Assembly: GCF_018350175.1 (NCBI RefSeq)
Contig: NC_058368.1
Span: forward strand, 198,402,001-198,466,000
Reading direction: 5' to 3'
DNA: 64,000 bases
Origin: Felis catus
Lineage: Eukaryota
The notes under the pieces were generated by a model. It was not told where the DNA came from and ran no database searches. It saw only the letters and a list, made by a program, of their open reading frames with translations. Numbering within the stretch: the stretch's first letter is position 1; each line of letters begins with the position of its first letter. This document shows, in pieces, positions 25,095 through 38,340 of this stretch. Position numbers and translations under genes: made by a program.

Positions 25095-27855
25095 TATACT
25101 TTTGTATATTTTTTAAATTCTTTAAAATGAGGTCATATTACTTAATCAGGAAAAAAGAAAATGATTTTCATGTAGAAAAAAAGATACCACTGAAATATGG
25201 TGGTTGTGTTTTCAGCCACAAGCAATGAAAGACTCCTGGTGAAGGCTGGGGCATCTCTGTACTGTAACCGTAATCGACACACCAATTATTTTGCAATCAA
25301 AGCTTGTTTTAGCTAAGTAAACTACTAATCACAGGGCTGAGTCTAGTCTCTTCAGAGCTGTGCCTCATGGAAGTAGCAGTGACTGAAAAGGAGGTTCAGG
25401 CACTCCTCTGGCACTCTCCTTCTTCAGGGCCCAGAGCTCAGACAACCACCTTGTTCTTTGGTAATGGGGGAAGGCAGTGGTTATGCAGCGGTTTAGGGAG
25501 GGGAACAGGTGGAAAGCACAAGAGAAGTGGGTGTGAACAAAGGGCCTAGAAGATGGAGACGGGATGCTGTGGCTTCCGTCTCCTGTCAGGGAAAGGGACA
25601 GTGTACGCATTTCCAATGGCTTGGCATAGGGGGTGCCCCCACACGCCACAGAACCGGGGCTGTGTGCTGCTGACGTTATGTCTGCCACTGCTGACGACGT
25701 TTCTAACATAAAGTGTGTCACTGGAGCACATCCTTTTCCTTCAGAGACGTAGTATTCAAAGGTTAACAACACGTCCCGCCAAGAGCACAAACCCCACTCT
25801 TGGCATGACAAATGAGGCCTTGGCCCTCTTGAATGGCCACACTTTAGAAACCGAGGGAAAGCAGAGAGAAGCAAAAGGCCACAATTGAAAAGAACAGTCC
25901 TTGTGACTTCCACAAAAAAATGTCAGAATGGAGCCAAGGGTGAGTTAAGTATTATATGCACAGTTTCTACGGAAACTTGAAAAGCAAATAGTGCATCAGG
26001 GAGGAAGGCACTCATTACACAGATAAGTTCCCAATCCCAGGGACCAGCCCTCCCTTCCAGCTTCTATAGAACACTCCATGGCAAGGTTCCCAGGCACAAA
26101 GACACCCAGGGGCCTCCATCGTGGTAGAGGGAATCTCAAGAGACCAGGAAAGAAGTGGGTGCCAAGGTGCTTTGCGCTCTGCTGGGCCAACATGAGACAC
26201 TTTCTGTGTAGCCCCCAAGATGCTATCACTCTATTAACTCTATTAACAGCCAATAGCCACTTCTGCTAAATTTGTAACCTTACGTGTGCCCATTTGCCCA
26301 TCAGCAGGTAGTCTGGTTAACTACTAACTAAAGTTAACTAAAGTTAACTACTTACGTGGCTCTGGTTTCTAGAGAGGAAGACACACAGTGGGAAGCAATG
26401 CAAGTACTCCCAGCTCCTTCCTTTTGTTCTTCCCATCACATTGTCTTGATGAAATGAAACCTCTTCAACTCACAGGCAAGGAAGTGGGTGTAGGGAAAGC
26501 CCCAAACCTACCAACTTTATAATTTATATGATATGATACTCTCTGCCTGTTCTGAGGCCCCTCTGATTGGCCTTCAGTTATTTATACATCTCTGACAGTT
26601 TCACACTCCACCCTCACTAACCTTTCTGGGGCCAGAAAAATCTCACTCTAACTCATTTCCCAGTGACCTTTGTTCTCACTCACAAGTCCTGAGGATCACA
26701 GCACACCCTTACCCCACCCCATTTTAGTGCATATGTGGGTGTATTCTCTTTCCTTAATATCCTTATGAAATTTCATAGCTTATTTTATATATATTTAATG
26801 TTTATTCCCATGTGTTCATTTTTTGCTATTAGTGTGATGGTTTTTTCCTCTATGTTTTATAACTGATTATTATTTGAATATAGGGAAGCTTGATTGAATT
26901 TCTTTGATAAATAAGATTTTTTTTCTATCTACAACTATTACCTTCCAGAACACAGTTGGGGAGTGCTACAGGGGGTCAGAATGTTACATGTGGTGACAGT
27001 GTAATTCTTTATGAAAATATGAATTCATAGTAGTGAAATCTGCTTTATTCTGCATTTTGATATATTATACTACAAGTTTCTCTCCGATAGAAATAGCTCC
27101 TGTTTTCTCATTACAGGACACACTATCTATTTTCATAGTGCAAACACAACGTTCAGCTTTAGTAATGGAGTCACATATGTCTGTTCAAAGATTGAACTTG
27201 TTTCAATATGCCTTTGTCCACTGAAACTCTGCATCTATGAAATGTAAAATCCTAATGCATTCATGTTTTTAAGCAGAAGATGAGAAGGCCTCTATGTGGT
27301 TCATCACTCACCAAAATAAAATAAATCATAATTAATTGTGGTTATTTTAGCACATATAGAATCTCTAGATCAGAGATAGTATAGTTATTTACCCATACCA
27401 ACCCTCTTTCAAAAACCTATGAAGAGAACAATGGGCAAGAGAAGTATATCGCCATCTGTGTACAAAGGAGTAAGCGACACATCCATACGTATAGAATAGC
27501 TCTACAATGATATACAAAAAACTGTCATCAGTGGTAGCCTCTGGGGGGGAGACTGGAAGATATAGGCAAACAGGAGACTTACTTTCCATGGTGAACTCTC
27601 TTGCACTCTCTGAATTTTCTATCACACACAGGTATTGTACTACTAATAAGCTTCTGTGTCAAGAAGATACTGAGGAACAGTAATATTTTATGGGTAGCAA
27701 TGGTATGGTGAGAATGTGATGGGAATTTCTTAAATTTGCAAATGGGACATAAGTTGGTATGGTTGCATTTGACATGTCAGAAGCCTCAAAAAGTTCCTTT
27801 CTCTGCATTTCTGAATCTTTATGTAGGATAGACTCCTAGAAGCAGAATTACTGCC

Positions 27856-28353
27856 TGTGGTAGGCATAATGATGGTTTCCTCAAATGGTCCCACATGTCC
27901 AAATTCCTGGAACCCATGAATATGTTATGTTACACGGCAGGAGGGAATCAGGTTGTGCAGAGGGAACGGAGGCTGCTAATCAGACGGTTTTGAGATGGAG
28001 AGGCTATCCTGGACTATCCAGGTAGTTCCAATGTAATCACCAGGATCTTTATTAAGTGAAGGAGGGGGACAGAAGAGTCAAAGTAATGCAGTATAAGAAG
28101 TCAATCAGCCATTGCTGGCTTTAAAGATGGAAGGGGCCATGAGTTAAAGAATGTGGGCAGTTTCAAGGAGCTGGAAAAGGCAAGGAAATGAATCTTTCCC
28201 TGGAGCCTCCAGAATGCATGCAGCCCTGGAAATACCTTGATTTTAGCTCAGTGAGACTCATTTTGGATTTCTGCAGTCCAGAACTATGCTGTTTGTGGTT
28301 TAAGCCATCAAGTCTATGCTAATCGGTGACAGCAGCAATGGAAAACTAATACA
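27856..28353 (+). mobile_element. MaLR solo LTR (MLT1D-like)
   Basis: TG...CA termini (tgtggtaggcataat ... gaaaactaataca) and diagnostic tgaatatgttatgttacacggc and gctggaaaaggcaaggaa. Confidence 0.8.
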
Positions 28354-28950
28354 CTGTGTCAAAGAAATACTCATTTATAAGAATAAAAATCTGGAGAGAA
28401 TCTAAATGTCCATTAACAAAGAAATAGAAAGTAAATGGTGCCATATTTATACGAAAGAGATTTTGAAATTTTTCAAATGTTTATGAGAGCATATTAAGTT
28501 GAAAATGCAGTTTATAAACCTGTATCTGATTCCAGTTATAGAAATTATATACTCATATATACATCACTTCAGTCAGGGTTCAGCTGCAGAAAAGAGAAAT
28601 TACTCAAGGCATTTTGAAGAGAAAGAGACATAAAAAAAATCAGATCCATACAAAATCATGGGGGAAACCGTAGGAGAGGGGCTCATGAGGCCTCTTGAGA
28701 GGTCGGCCAAGCTATGGGGGTCCACCCAGATCACCAAGGGGAATGCCAGATGGAGCCCTAGCCTGGGGTCACACATTCAAAGGCAGTGGAGAGATGGCCC
28801 CTTTTCTTCCCTTCCTTTTCTCATAACCACTGCATTCTACTCATATGGTACAAAGAATATTTAAGTGTAATCCCACATTTCTCTGCCTCCATATTTATAA
28901 ACGAGAAACAAATACCAAAGAATCTATTGTTGTTAAGAATGCATGCTCTG

Positions 28951-29371
28951 ACTGATGAATGGATAAAGATGATGCGGTTTATATATATGATGGAATACTA
29001 CTCAGCAATGAGAAAGAATGAAATCTGGCCATTTGCAGCAATGTGGATGGAACTGGAGGGTATTATGGTAAGTGAAATAAGTCAGGCAGAGAAAGACAGA
29101 TACCATCTGTTTTCACTCATATGTGGATCTGGAGAAACTTAACAGAAGACCATGGGGGGAGGGGAAGGGGGAAAAAAAGTTACAAACAGAGAGGCAGGGA
29201 GGCAAACCATAAGAGACTCTTAAATACTGAGAACAAACTGAGGGTTGATGGGGGGGGGGAGAGGGGAAAATGGGTGATGGGCATTGAAGAGGGCACTTGT
29301 TGGGATGAGCACTAGGTACTGTATGGACGCCAATTTGACAATAAATTATATTAAAAAATAAAAGAAAAAAA
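28951..29371 (+). mobile_element. 5'-truncated felid L1 (L1_Fc-like)
   Basis: ORF2 C-terminus (DEWIK..MEYYSAMRKNEIWPFAAMWMELEGIM.SEISQ), 3' UTR and A tail; perfect 16-bp TSD aagaatgcatgctctg (28935-28950 and 29372-29387). Confidence 0.92.
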
Positions 29372-31399
29372 AAGAATGCATGCTCTGGAGTTAGATGACC
29401 CAGATTTAAATCCAGCTTGATCTCTGCCTACATGACCCTCACTCTTGGTGCCTGAGCACCATTGTCAGTAAAGGGAAAGATTTCAGTGCCTTCCCCACAG
29501 GGTTTCCTGAGGGTCCAACCATAGTGGGGAGCCAAGCACTCAGCAGAGAGTAAGGTGAAACTGCTCAATAAATGGTAGCCATCATTTTTATAATACTTTC
29601 CTATACTTATCAGGTATTATTTATCATGTATTAATTTTATCATCATAGAAACAAAAACCCCATTTTGGGAAAATCCAAGCTGGATGTTAAACTTCCAAAA
29701 ATAATCATGGTCTGAAGAAAAAAATAGAAATTTTATTTTATTTTTTAAAATAGAAATTTTAAAACTTGTTGCCTTGCATCAGTTTCTGTCCACTGTATAT
29801 CTGCTTCCTGTTGATAAGGGAAATAATAAAGACACAGGTTCTATTTAAAAGTAGAGAGTCCATAGACTATTTTCATTCTCAAGGCTATTCATTCTGGATG
29901 GCAAATGTCACTCTCAGTCTTTTGCATAAAAAGAACCCTATTTTGTCATTTGACAATGAGTGAATACGTTTTGGGGGACAAAGGGAAGAATTTGTGATAA
30001 TAAAAAGGGATAAAGAAGATAAATGGTTTTCGGTTAAGATTGATTTACTACTTTGACCATTGGTTATACAGCCATCTAAATATGGACATTTATAACTGAT
30101 TAAATGTAAACTCAGAGGCCACCCAGTCTGGTTCCCAGATTCAGGCACCACTATCTCTCCTTATGGGACAGGGATCCTGAAGGAATATGTTTGACAGTTT
30201 ACATTTCCACATACATCCTTTGTCACTTGGTGCCATGGTCTGTCTCCCTCGGGTTAATCAGCTCCAGAACAAAATGAGAATATAAATCCGGTGCTCTTAG
30301 CATTGTCCTCTGCTGCAGAGGATATCATCAAAGAGCCACAGGAGATGATTTAGTCTATAACAGCCATGCCTTTTAATTAATGTTAAAACTTCCACGCTCA
30401 CATGAGTCAGGTTTTACTCCTCCAAATCCTCAGCACGTTTGTGAGTTGGAAATACATTCAGCAGAACATAGACAGTAGGTAAACCATGACTCTCACTGAA
30501 TTTCAGCATGGCATATTTTATGGCTTGTCCTTTTCCTACCTCAAACAACCTCATGGTCTCCAGAGACGAAGAAGCATCCAAGTACATGAACTTTAACGGA
30601 CTTAAGTATAAACCCCAATAGGAAGTGATTTTACTTTTATTTCCAAATTCCATTACACACAAGTAAAGGAAGTAAAGCTATTAATTTGGTCAGCATTACA
30701 GATAAGGACCAAGCAGGAAATGACTTCTCATATGACATCATCCAGGGCCCGTGTCAGAGCAGTGATGGGCGGGGCCTATCCTTTGGCCCTTACAGATCTT
30801 TCCCAGCCTTTTCTGAATGAAATGGTACAGGCAGGGCCAAATTTAATTAAGTTACCTCAACATGGATTGTACTGCTCTGTGGGACTGTAATGTAGACATT
30901 GATAATGAAAGAAACCAAGAATGAGAAAAGAGGAAAGGTGGGGAGAAGAAGTTAAAGCCCTGATTGTTTAGTAAGATAAACCTTAGCTGGAGAAGCCAGT
31001 GAATGTTCCCAGGAATTTTATATTCTAGTTAAGTAACTGTGTCCTTGTGTCATTTTTAATAAGAGCATTTCAACCTTAGAGAATACTTGAGATGGTGCTC
31101 GATGGAAATCACATTCGTCTCACACCTGCACCATTAATTATCAGGCATGAGGACGCAGGAGAATGACACGCGGACTCAAATCCCAGTTTACATGACTCTG
31201 GGCAAGTTACTTAGTTTCTCCACCTGCAACATAGGTCAATTAACACCTACCCACCCCCCTCCCCGGGGTTGTTGGGAGAATTAAATGAGACGATGCTGGG
31301 AAATGCCCAGCACAGCTGGACCTCTATAATGTTTGCAGTTTCTCCCATGACTGCTTAGTTGATAACCAATTGGTTTTTGTGAGGGTTTTTTAGATTTTT

Positions 31400-31680
31400 T
31401 TCTTTAAATTGTGGTAAAAAAATATACATGACATAAAATCTGCCATCTCGCTCCTTTCTAAGTGTGCAGTTTAGTAGTATTAAGTACATTCCCACTGTTG
31501 CGCAACCGACCTCCAGAACTCTTTTCATCTTGCAAAACCGAAACGCTATACCCATTAAACATCTCCCATTTCCCCCTCTCCCCAGCCCCTGGCAACCGCC
31601 ATTCTATTTCCTTTGTGAATTTGACTACTCTAGGTACCACATATGAGTGGAATTTGCCTTTTTGTGACCAGCTTATTTCA
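31400..31680 (-). mobile_element. L1MB-like 3' end fragment
   Basis: aaattgtggtaaaa...cagaactcttttcatcttgcaaaaccgaaac...cccagcccctggcaaccgccattcta. Confidence 0.8.
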
Positions 31681-31980
31681 GATAATCAGTTTTTTGGATC
31701 ACTTGTTTTGACCTGACAAATACTGACGCTCAGACAAAAGTTTTGGCAGCTGCATGTTATATTGCAATATTGCACGATTATCCGACTATTTAGGCAACAC
31801 GTGACTTTTCAAAAATAAAGGTGATCCATTATGAGTTAGACCATGTAAGTTGCATGGATGGATTTTACACTAGTATGGTCAATTCCCAAATCACCTGCTA
31901 CCACTTGTGCCTTATCCCTTTAACTGCTTTGTAAATTTCTGGAGGTCAGGTGGTGCCTGGCATGTATTAAGAGTATGGTA

Positions 31981-32195
31981 GGGGCTCCGGGGAGGCTCAG
32001 TTGGTTGAGCGACCGGCTCTTGATTTCAGCTCAGGTCATGAACTCACGGTTCGTGAGTTTGAGCCCTGCATTAGGACTCTTTGCTGACAGTGTGGAGCCT
32101 GAGATTCTCTCTCTCTCTCTCCCTCTCTCTCTGCCCCTCCCCCAAGTGCATGAGCATGTACTCTGTCTCTCAAAATAAATAAATATTTTTAAAAA
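31981..32195 (+). mobile_element. Can-SINE
   Basis: SINE head, (CT)n and A tail; flanking repeat aagagta. Confidence 0.88.
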
Positions 32196-32675
32196 GAGTA
32201 ATAATGGACCAATAAATTAATAAATCAATGGATTCAGGTCCAGTTTTATGAACTGTTAGCAAGAAAATGTCCATCATAGGGTATTTCCTTTACTACTGAT
32301 TCTGTGCCACATCTTTACTCAACAACTGATGTTACTTACAGAATCCAAAAGAGATCAACTTTTGGATCATGGGCACTTCTGTGTCCCATCAGCTTCTTAA
32401 TGTCAACACATGTCAGATTTGTTTAGTTTTCAAATTCTGTAGTACTAATTGATTTTTAACAGCAGGACTCGCAAAGATTTAAAACATTAAACTATTCAGA
32501 ACTGGCCAGGGTGAAAAGAAATAGGGGATCAAATACAGTGCTAGTAGAAATGTAAGCCTTTAAGAGGGCAATTCAAAATTTTTGTAACTCCCTCCCCTCC
32601 CCTTAACTCTGCAAATTAATTTCTAGTTAGTTTATTCCACAGAGATGGTCGTACAAATGTTCACAGATATATGAC

Positions 32676-33195
32676 TGTGGTAAACTGAATAATGGTCCCT
32701 GAGAAACGGCTACATCCTAATCCCCCGAACCTGAGAAACTGTGAATATGTCATGTTCATGACAGGGGGTAATAAACACTGCAGATAGAATTAAGGTTGCT
32801 AATCAGCTGACCTTAATATAAGGCCCTGCTGGACTATACCAGGCAGTCCTAGTACTTAAATGTGTATTTAAATGTGAATGAAGAAGGCAGAAGAGTCCAC
32901 GTAGGAGTGATTCAATGTTCGTGTGAAAAGACTCAGCCAACATTTGCTGGTCTTTAAGACTGAAGGGAGCCAGAGGCCAGAGGGGATGTAGCAGCTTTTA
33001 GAAGCTAAAAAAGGCAAGAGAAAGGATTATCCCCAAGAGCCTCCAAAGACAAAGGCAGCCCAGCTAACACCTTGATCTTAGCTCAGTGAGGTCAGTTTTG
33101 GATTTCTGACCTCCAGAACTGGAAGGCTATAAATTTGTGTCGCTTTAAGTCACCAGGTTTGCGATAATTTGTTACAGCAACAATGACCAACACAA
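32676..33195 (+). mobile_element. MaLR solo LTR (MLT1D-like)
   Basis: tgtggtaaactgaataatggtccc...ttaaggttgctaatcagctgacctt...ttggatttctgacctccagaact...taatttgttacagcaacaa. Confidence 0.8.
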
Positions 33196-33383
33196 TGACT
33201 ATAGATCTTCCGAGTAACATCATTGTGACCAAATTTGTAAGCAACCCAAAGCCCATCAATAAAATCCAAATAAAATATTGTGTCATTACTGTGGATGCCT
33301 TTTAGCAAAGAGACAACTACTTGAGGTAACCTCTCTCCCTGGTTTTGGCAAGTGCTTGCTAATCAGTTTAAAATAAAAGAGGG

Positions 33384-33612
33384 GGGGCACCTGGGTGGCG
33401 CAGTCGGTTAAGCGTCCGACTTCAGCCAGGTCACGATCTCGCGGTCCGTGAGTTCGAGCCCCGCGTCGGGCTCTGGGCTGATGGCTCAGAGCCTGGAGCC
33501 TGTTTCCGATTCTGTGTCTCCCTCTCTCTCTGCCCCTCCCCCGTTCATGCTCTGTCTCTCTCTGTCCCAAAAATAAATAAACGTTGAAAAAAAAATTAAA
33601 AAAAAAATAAAA
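33384..33612 (+). mobile_element. Young SINEC_Fc
   Basis: Near-consensus, CpG-rich; TSD taaaataaaagaggg. Confidence 0.95.
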
Positions 33613-34789
33613 TAAAATAAAAGAGGGGAAATAGAGCAAAGAATTCAGTTAATAAATGGCCCTGCTTGTAAATGCACAGCAAATATAACACAACACTGAG
33701 ATGATAGTACCTTTGGGTCAGCCAGTCTTATCTCATCCTTACAATAAATCTATAAATATGCCAAGCACTGTGCTAACCATGGGAAAGTACAGAGAAAAGA
33801 AGCTGACTGAGTAGAGAAGGGGGAGAAGCAGGCAAGAGAATTCTATTAAATGCAAGAAATGCCAAGGCAGAGGAAAGTATGGTCACCTCGGGAGCACAGG
33901 GAGGCGTACCTAACTAAGTCAGGGTGGTAGGTGGGACAGGGAGAGCTGCCAGGAGGAGGAAATGCCTGAACCCAGTCCCACTGGGGGAGCAGGAGTCAGC
34001 CAGACAAAGAAGACTTGGAAGGCCTTGCTGGCAGAGGAAACAGCTTACAAAAGGCTAGCTGGCATGATGTCCCGTGTGGTGTGTGGGTGGGGTGGCACAG
34101 GAGAAAACCAGTAAACTCGAAAACGCTACACAAAGACGTTTACAGAATTAGCTGTTTTGCATTCTCTGAACCTCAGTTTCCACGACTTCATAATGGAATC
34201 ATAAAACCTTCCTTGCAGGAAAGGATTCAGGGATCTGCCCAGAGTCTCGGGGCCAGAATAGGAAGAGCTGGCTCGTGGGGGTCCCTGCCCCACACTCTTT
34301 CCTCCAGGCCACGGCTGCTCCCAGGACAAGTCCCTCTGCCCAGGCAGGCTGGAACCATTTCCGGTTCTCTAAAGCCTCAATGGATAAAAAAAATGAAAGA
34401 CATTTTGTGGTATATTTTAATCGTTTATATTTAACAGATCACTGCTCTTAACACACACAAAATACAATGAAATAAAATTGTGTTATTCAAATGGATGACA
34501 GACTAAAATTATACTAATTCATAGTTCATTGCAGGCCATGTGTTCTGGTAATGGAACATTTAAATTTATATAATGAATGTTTTCTTCTTTCAATCCCTTC
34601 ACTGATTGTCTCTGACTCTCCATAAAACCTCATTTAGAGAGAATCTTTGAGCGCCTTGGAGAATGAGAAGCCTAAGCAGCCTGCCAGTGCTAGGCCCTGT
34701 TTATACTGCCTTTAAGAAAGAAAGCAAAATTGTGCATTAGAATTAACGGGGGAGGGGAGGGGTGTGCAAGATAGGGGGTGGCAGAGTGG

Positions 34790-34932
34790 AGGGCTTTTAA
34801 AATATACTAAAGCCTGTGCCCCACTCTCTAGATTCTGATTCTGTTGGTTTAGAGTGTGGCCCAGACACCTTTAATAGTTTTGGAAGTTCCCCAGGTGATG
34901 CTCATGTGAAGCCAGGGCGGAAAAATACCATA
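34790..34932. mobile_element. MER5-like hAT-Charlie DNA transposon remnant
   Basis: agattctgattctgttggtttagagtgtggccca...aagttccccaggtgatgct motif. Confidence 0.5.
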
Positions 34933-35789
34933 GCTGAATGTAGGCGAGACTGACAAAGGAATCCTTTAAAGTTTTATCAACTCATTTGCAGGTATTTGTT
35001 AAGAGATAAACAATGGGAAAAAAATAGATGAGCAAAAGGAAGTTTCAATAAAAAGTCTCATGGAGGACAGACAATGGTACAGGCAGAGGAACCCTGGCCA
35101 GCAGGCAGAACACAAGGCACAATGGAGGCCCAACCACAAAGAGCAATAGACCAGATGTTTGCACATTAAGAGAGTGAGAAGAATCCAGAAGAACTGGGAA
35201 GTCTGTGAAAGTTTGCCCATTCAGTCTGCAGATGTCATGTGGCAGCATCGTGACCAGGCTGTGATGAGGTCCCCGGGGTGGATAGAGAGGCAACCACTGG
35301 GCCCTCAACCCCTGTGTTGGAGGTACCAGCGCTGGGCAGAAGGAGCCACTATGGCAACCAGGCAGACATAACTGCACTGAGAGAAGAAAAGATCCTCAGA
35401 CCCTGACCAGGATGGCCAATCTACAGCTGAAATATGGGTAATGTGGCCCTAGAACCGTAGAAGTCAATTTTCTGTGTCAGACTTCTCTAGTCAGGCTACC
35501 ATACCTCGGAGGCAGTGATGAGGTGGCCCCTAAGAACTTAAGAGTATTCTTAGAGCCGAGTTATAAAATTAATATTTAATAATCGGAAGAATCACTCTAA
35601 GGAGAACAAATGGCTCTTAAATCAGAGCAAGATAGATCATTAAACTATTAAGCAGGAAGTTTTCCACCAAAAGGGCAGTCATCAGCCATGGAGGCACAGA
35701 AAACAAAAGAAGACACTGTTGTTGGGCTTGCTAAGCTCTACACTGGGCACATGGTTCCCTGGTCAAGGCACTCAATTCGACTGTCCTCA

Positions 35790-36515
35790 GTCTCCACTGC
35801 TTCCACTTTAGTGTGGGCCCCCATCATGTCTGGATTATCATGAAGTCTCCTAACTGGTCTTCCTGTTTCTGCCTTAGCTGCCTCCATAGATCATCCAAAG
35901 TGACCCTGTCACACATGAGGTAAATCATGGTTTTTTTCTGCTAAAACCCCCAGGAGCTCCCCATCTCAGAAAAGAAGCCAAAGTCCTCACAACAGCCTCC
36001 ATATATAACCTTCTATGACCTGGATCCTCCCCACCTCTGGGATTCATCTCTTCCTGCTCAGCCCTGTACCCACCACCACCTCTCCCCTCTATCCCCATTC
36101 CACAGTACCTCCCTGATGGGCTTCTAACATGCCAGGTATGCTCTCCTGCCTCAGGTCCTTTGCACTTGCTGCTGGTGTTCCAGAATGTTCTTCCCCTAGG
36201 TATCCACATGGCTCAACTCTTGAGTCCTTCTGGTCTTTACCTCAGGTTAGAAGCCTATCCTGGCCACTTAAAATAATAAATTCTCCCACTGCTCACTACC
36301 CACACCTCCCCTTCCCACTTTATTTTTTCCCATGTCACTTATCACCACCTATATATTACATATTTCATTACTTTGATTATTGGATCTCCTTTCCTGAAAT
36401 GTAAATACATGAAGGCAGGGATCTGGGTTGGTTTTGTTCACTGCTGTATTCCTAGTGTCTAGACCAATGCCTGGAAATTAGGAATTCAATCGATATTTGT
36501 TGACAAATGAACAAG
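35790..36515 (+). mobile_element. L2 3' region
   Basis: ctggattatcatgaagtctcctaactggtcttcctg...ttttgttcactgctgtattcctagtgtctaga...tatttgttgacaaatgaa, the L2 tail. Confidence 0.7.
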
Positions 36516-36779
36516 TTAATCGAGCCAAGTGTCTGGGGTATCTCTGCTGTGCCGGTGGCTTCATCAAGCTTTTGAAGCAAAATGACTCAAACGTGAGTTG
36601 ATGTTGGGTAACTACCTTTTCCACAGCAACCTCTCGATGATGATACTTTCCCATGAGGTAAAGCAGGAGAAAATATGCTGGTCAGAAGACATGGGGTCTG
36701 GTCCCACTCAAAGGTTCTGCACCGAAGGAGTAAGAGAACCAGCATGACAATTTATTAGTTTTTCGTCTCACTCGGGGCT

Positions 36780-37510
36780 TCAGGCTCCACAAACAGCTTT
36801 GATGGTGGTGAATCCCCCGTCTCGACCTGTGAGACGCCCCAGCCATCTGCTCAGAGGCCAGCCTTCCTCATGATTCGTGGAGCTCAGCTTGCACTTTTCT
36901 TTCAACTCGCCCAGTTGTGTTGAGGGAGCGCAATCAGCAGTAACCTGGCATACAGGGATTTGACACTCAAAACGACAGTCCTTCACAACTGGCTGGGCAG
37001 GGCGTGATGTGCGGTCATGTGCCATGTCGCCGAGGCGCAGATTTGAGTCCGGCAGGCTGGGGCACCGAAGCAGGCCCACAGCTGAACAAAGCCGGCACTG
37101 TGGCCCGGCTGTTCTCTCCTCCTGTGGCCGACTCCTCTGGCCGCTGGAAGTGCAACAGAGGTCTGTCTGTGGAAAACTGCCCTCATGAGCAGCCCACCGC
37201 CGGTGCTGATGGTGCAAACGCGGAGGGCTAGCATTTTGGCATTTCGTTTCCTTCTTAAGATGTGGTCGGTGTCGTTCAAAAACCTGGTGAGTCACGAAGA
37301 TCGTCTGTTCTCCAGACCACAGTTTTTCGGTCTTCGCGGCCTGTGCCTAGCCCCTCCCAGGAAGGAGGAAGTCAGGAACAGGGCTCGTCCTCAAGGGGAC
37401 TACCACACCGCCTCCTTGGTGCTCCAGCACGTCACCCTGTATTCTCAAGTAGGTTGTAGAGTGGTTAATAACACACGTCGCGGAGTCAGGTGCCCCTGGA
37501 GTCCGGAGGC
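36780..37510. promoter_or_regulatory. CpG-enriched, island-like patch outside any recognised gene
   Basis: About 37 CpGs in about 730 bp by manual count, GC-rich and mostly not a recognisable repeat; TGAGTCA near 37288 and CTTTGAT near 36797. Confidence 0.45.
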
Positions 37511-38340
37511 CTGGGTCCAAATCCCAGCTGTGCCCCTCTCTGGCTGTGTGACCATTCTGTAATGTCTATAAGCCTGTCTCCTTGTGGGGAAAGTGGTTTT
37601 GCAAGAGAGTTCCCTAGATCAAATAATGCAGGTAACAGAACCAAACCTGGCGCATGATGAACACTTAGTGTCTAAGCGGTAGGAAGAAGTAGATCTCAGC
37701 CCAGGACCTGTGGGTACTTAGCTGCTACGTGCCAGCACCAAAGTGACAGGGGTGTAGACAGGGGATCAGACACTGGGGTTGGAGCACGGTGGAAGGCTTC
37801 GCAGGACAGGGGGTGAGATGAGGGGCTCTGATCTAGAAAAGAACAGCCCGCCCCACAGACAACAACAGACTGGTTTCCCAGACTATCTCTCCCTGTACAT
37901 ACAGTCTACACGTTCTCCTGAACAGCACACATCCTAACGCTGCGGCATTTCAACAGGGAATAACACAATGAAGACTGACTTGGCCGTAACTGTGGGTCCA
38001 CTGCCCGTACAAGACTGATCCTTCTATGCTTGTACAATTTGCTTCCAGGTCTGGAGGCGTTTACAACTTTTTTTTTTTTTTTTTTGCTAATGCCTCTGTC
38101 AATTTTAAAATTTATCTTTAGTTATTTTTAATCCAGTTTTTATTTTTTAAATGGAAAATACATTCATTCAAATTCAAAAGATACGAAGGTATACAAGAAA
38201 AATCTTCTGCCTACCCTTGTCCCCCAAGCCATCTAGTTCCCAGATCCCAAAGCAAACAACATTAGCTTGTTACCAACTGTTTCCATCTACTGACAGAAAC
38301 AATCTATGAGTACATAAACAAATATATTTATTTTCTCTTT

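Noticed and set aside
25365..25913. Longest ORF in the window (182 aa, minus strand)
   Set aside because: Non-ATG start, no known domain and no supporting exon structure.
26316..26350. Short gttaacta repeats, and actctatta x2 near 26228
   Set aside because: Ordinary slippage microduplications.
36780..37295. 171-aa ORF and overlapping ORFs
   Set aside because: Explained by stop-codon scarcity in the GC-rich patch; no protein similarity recognised.
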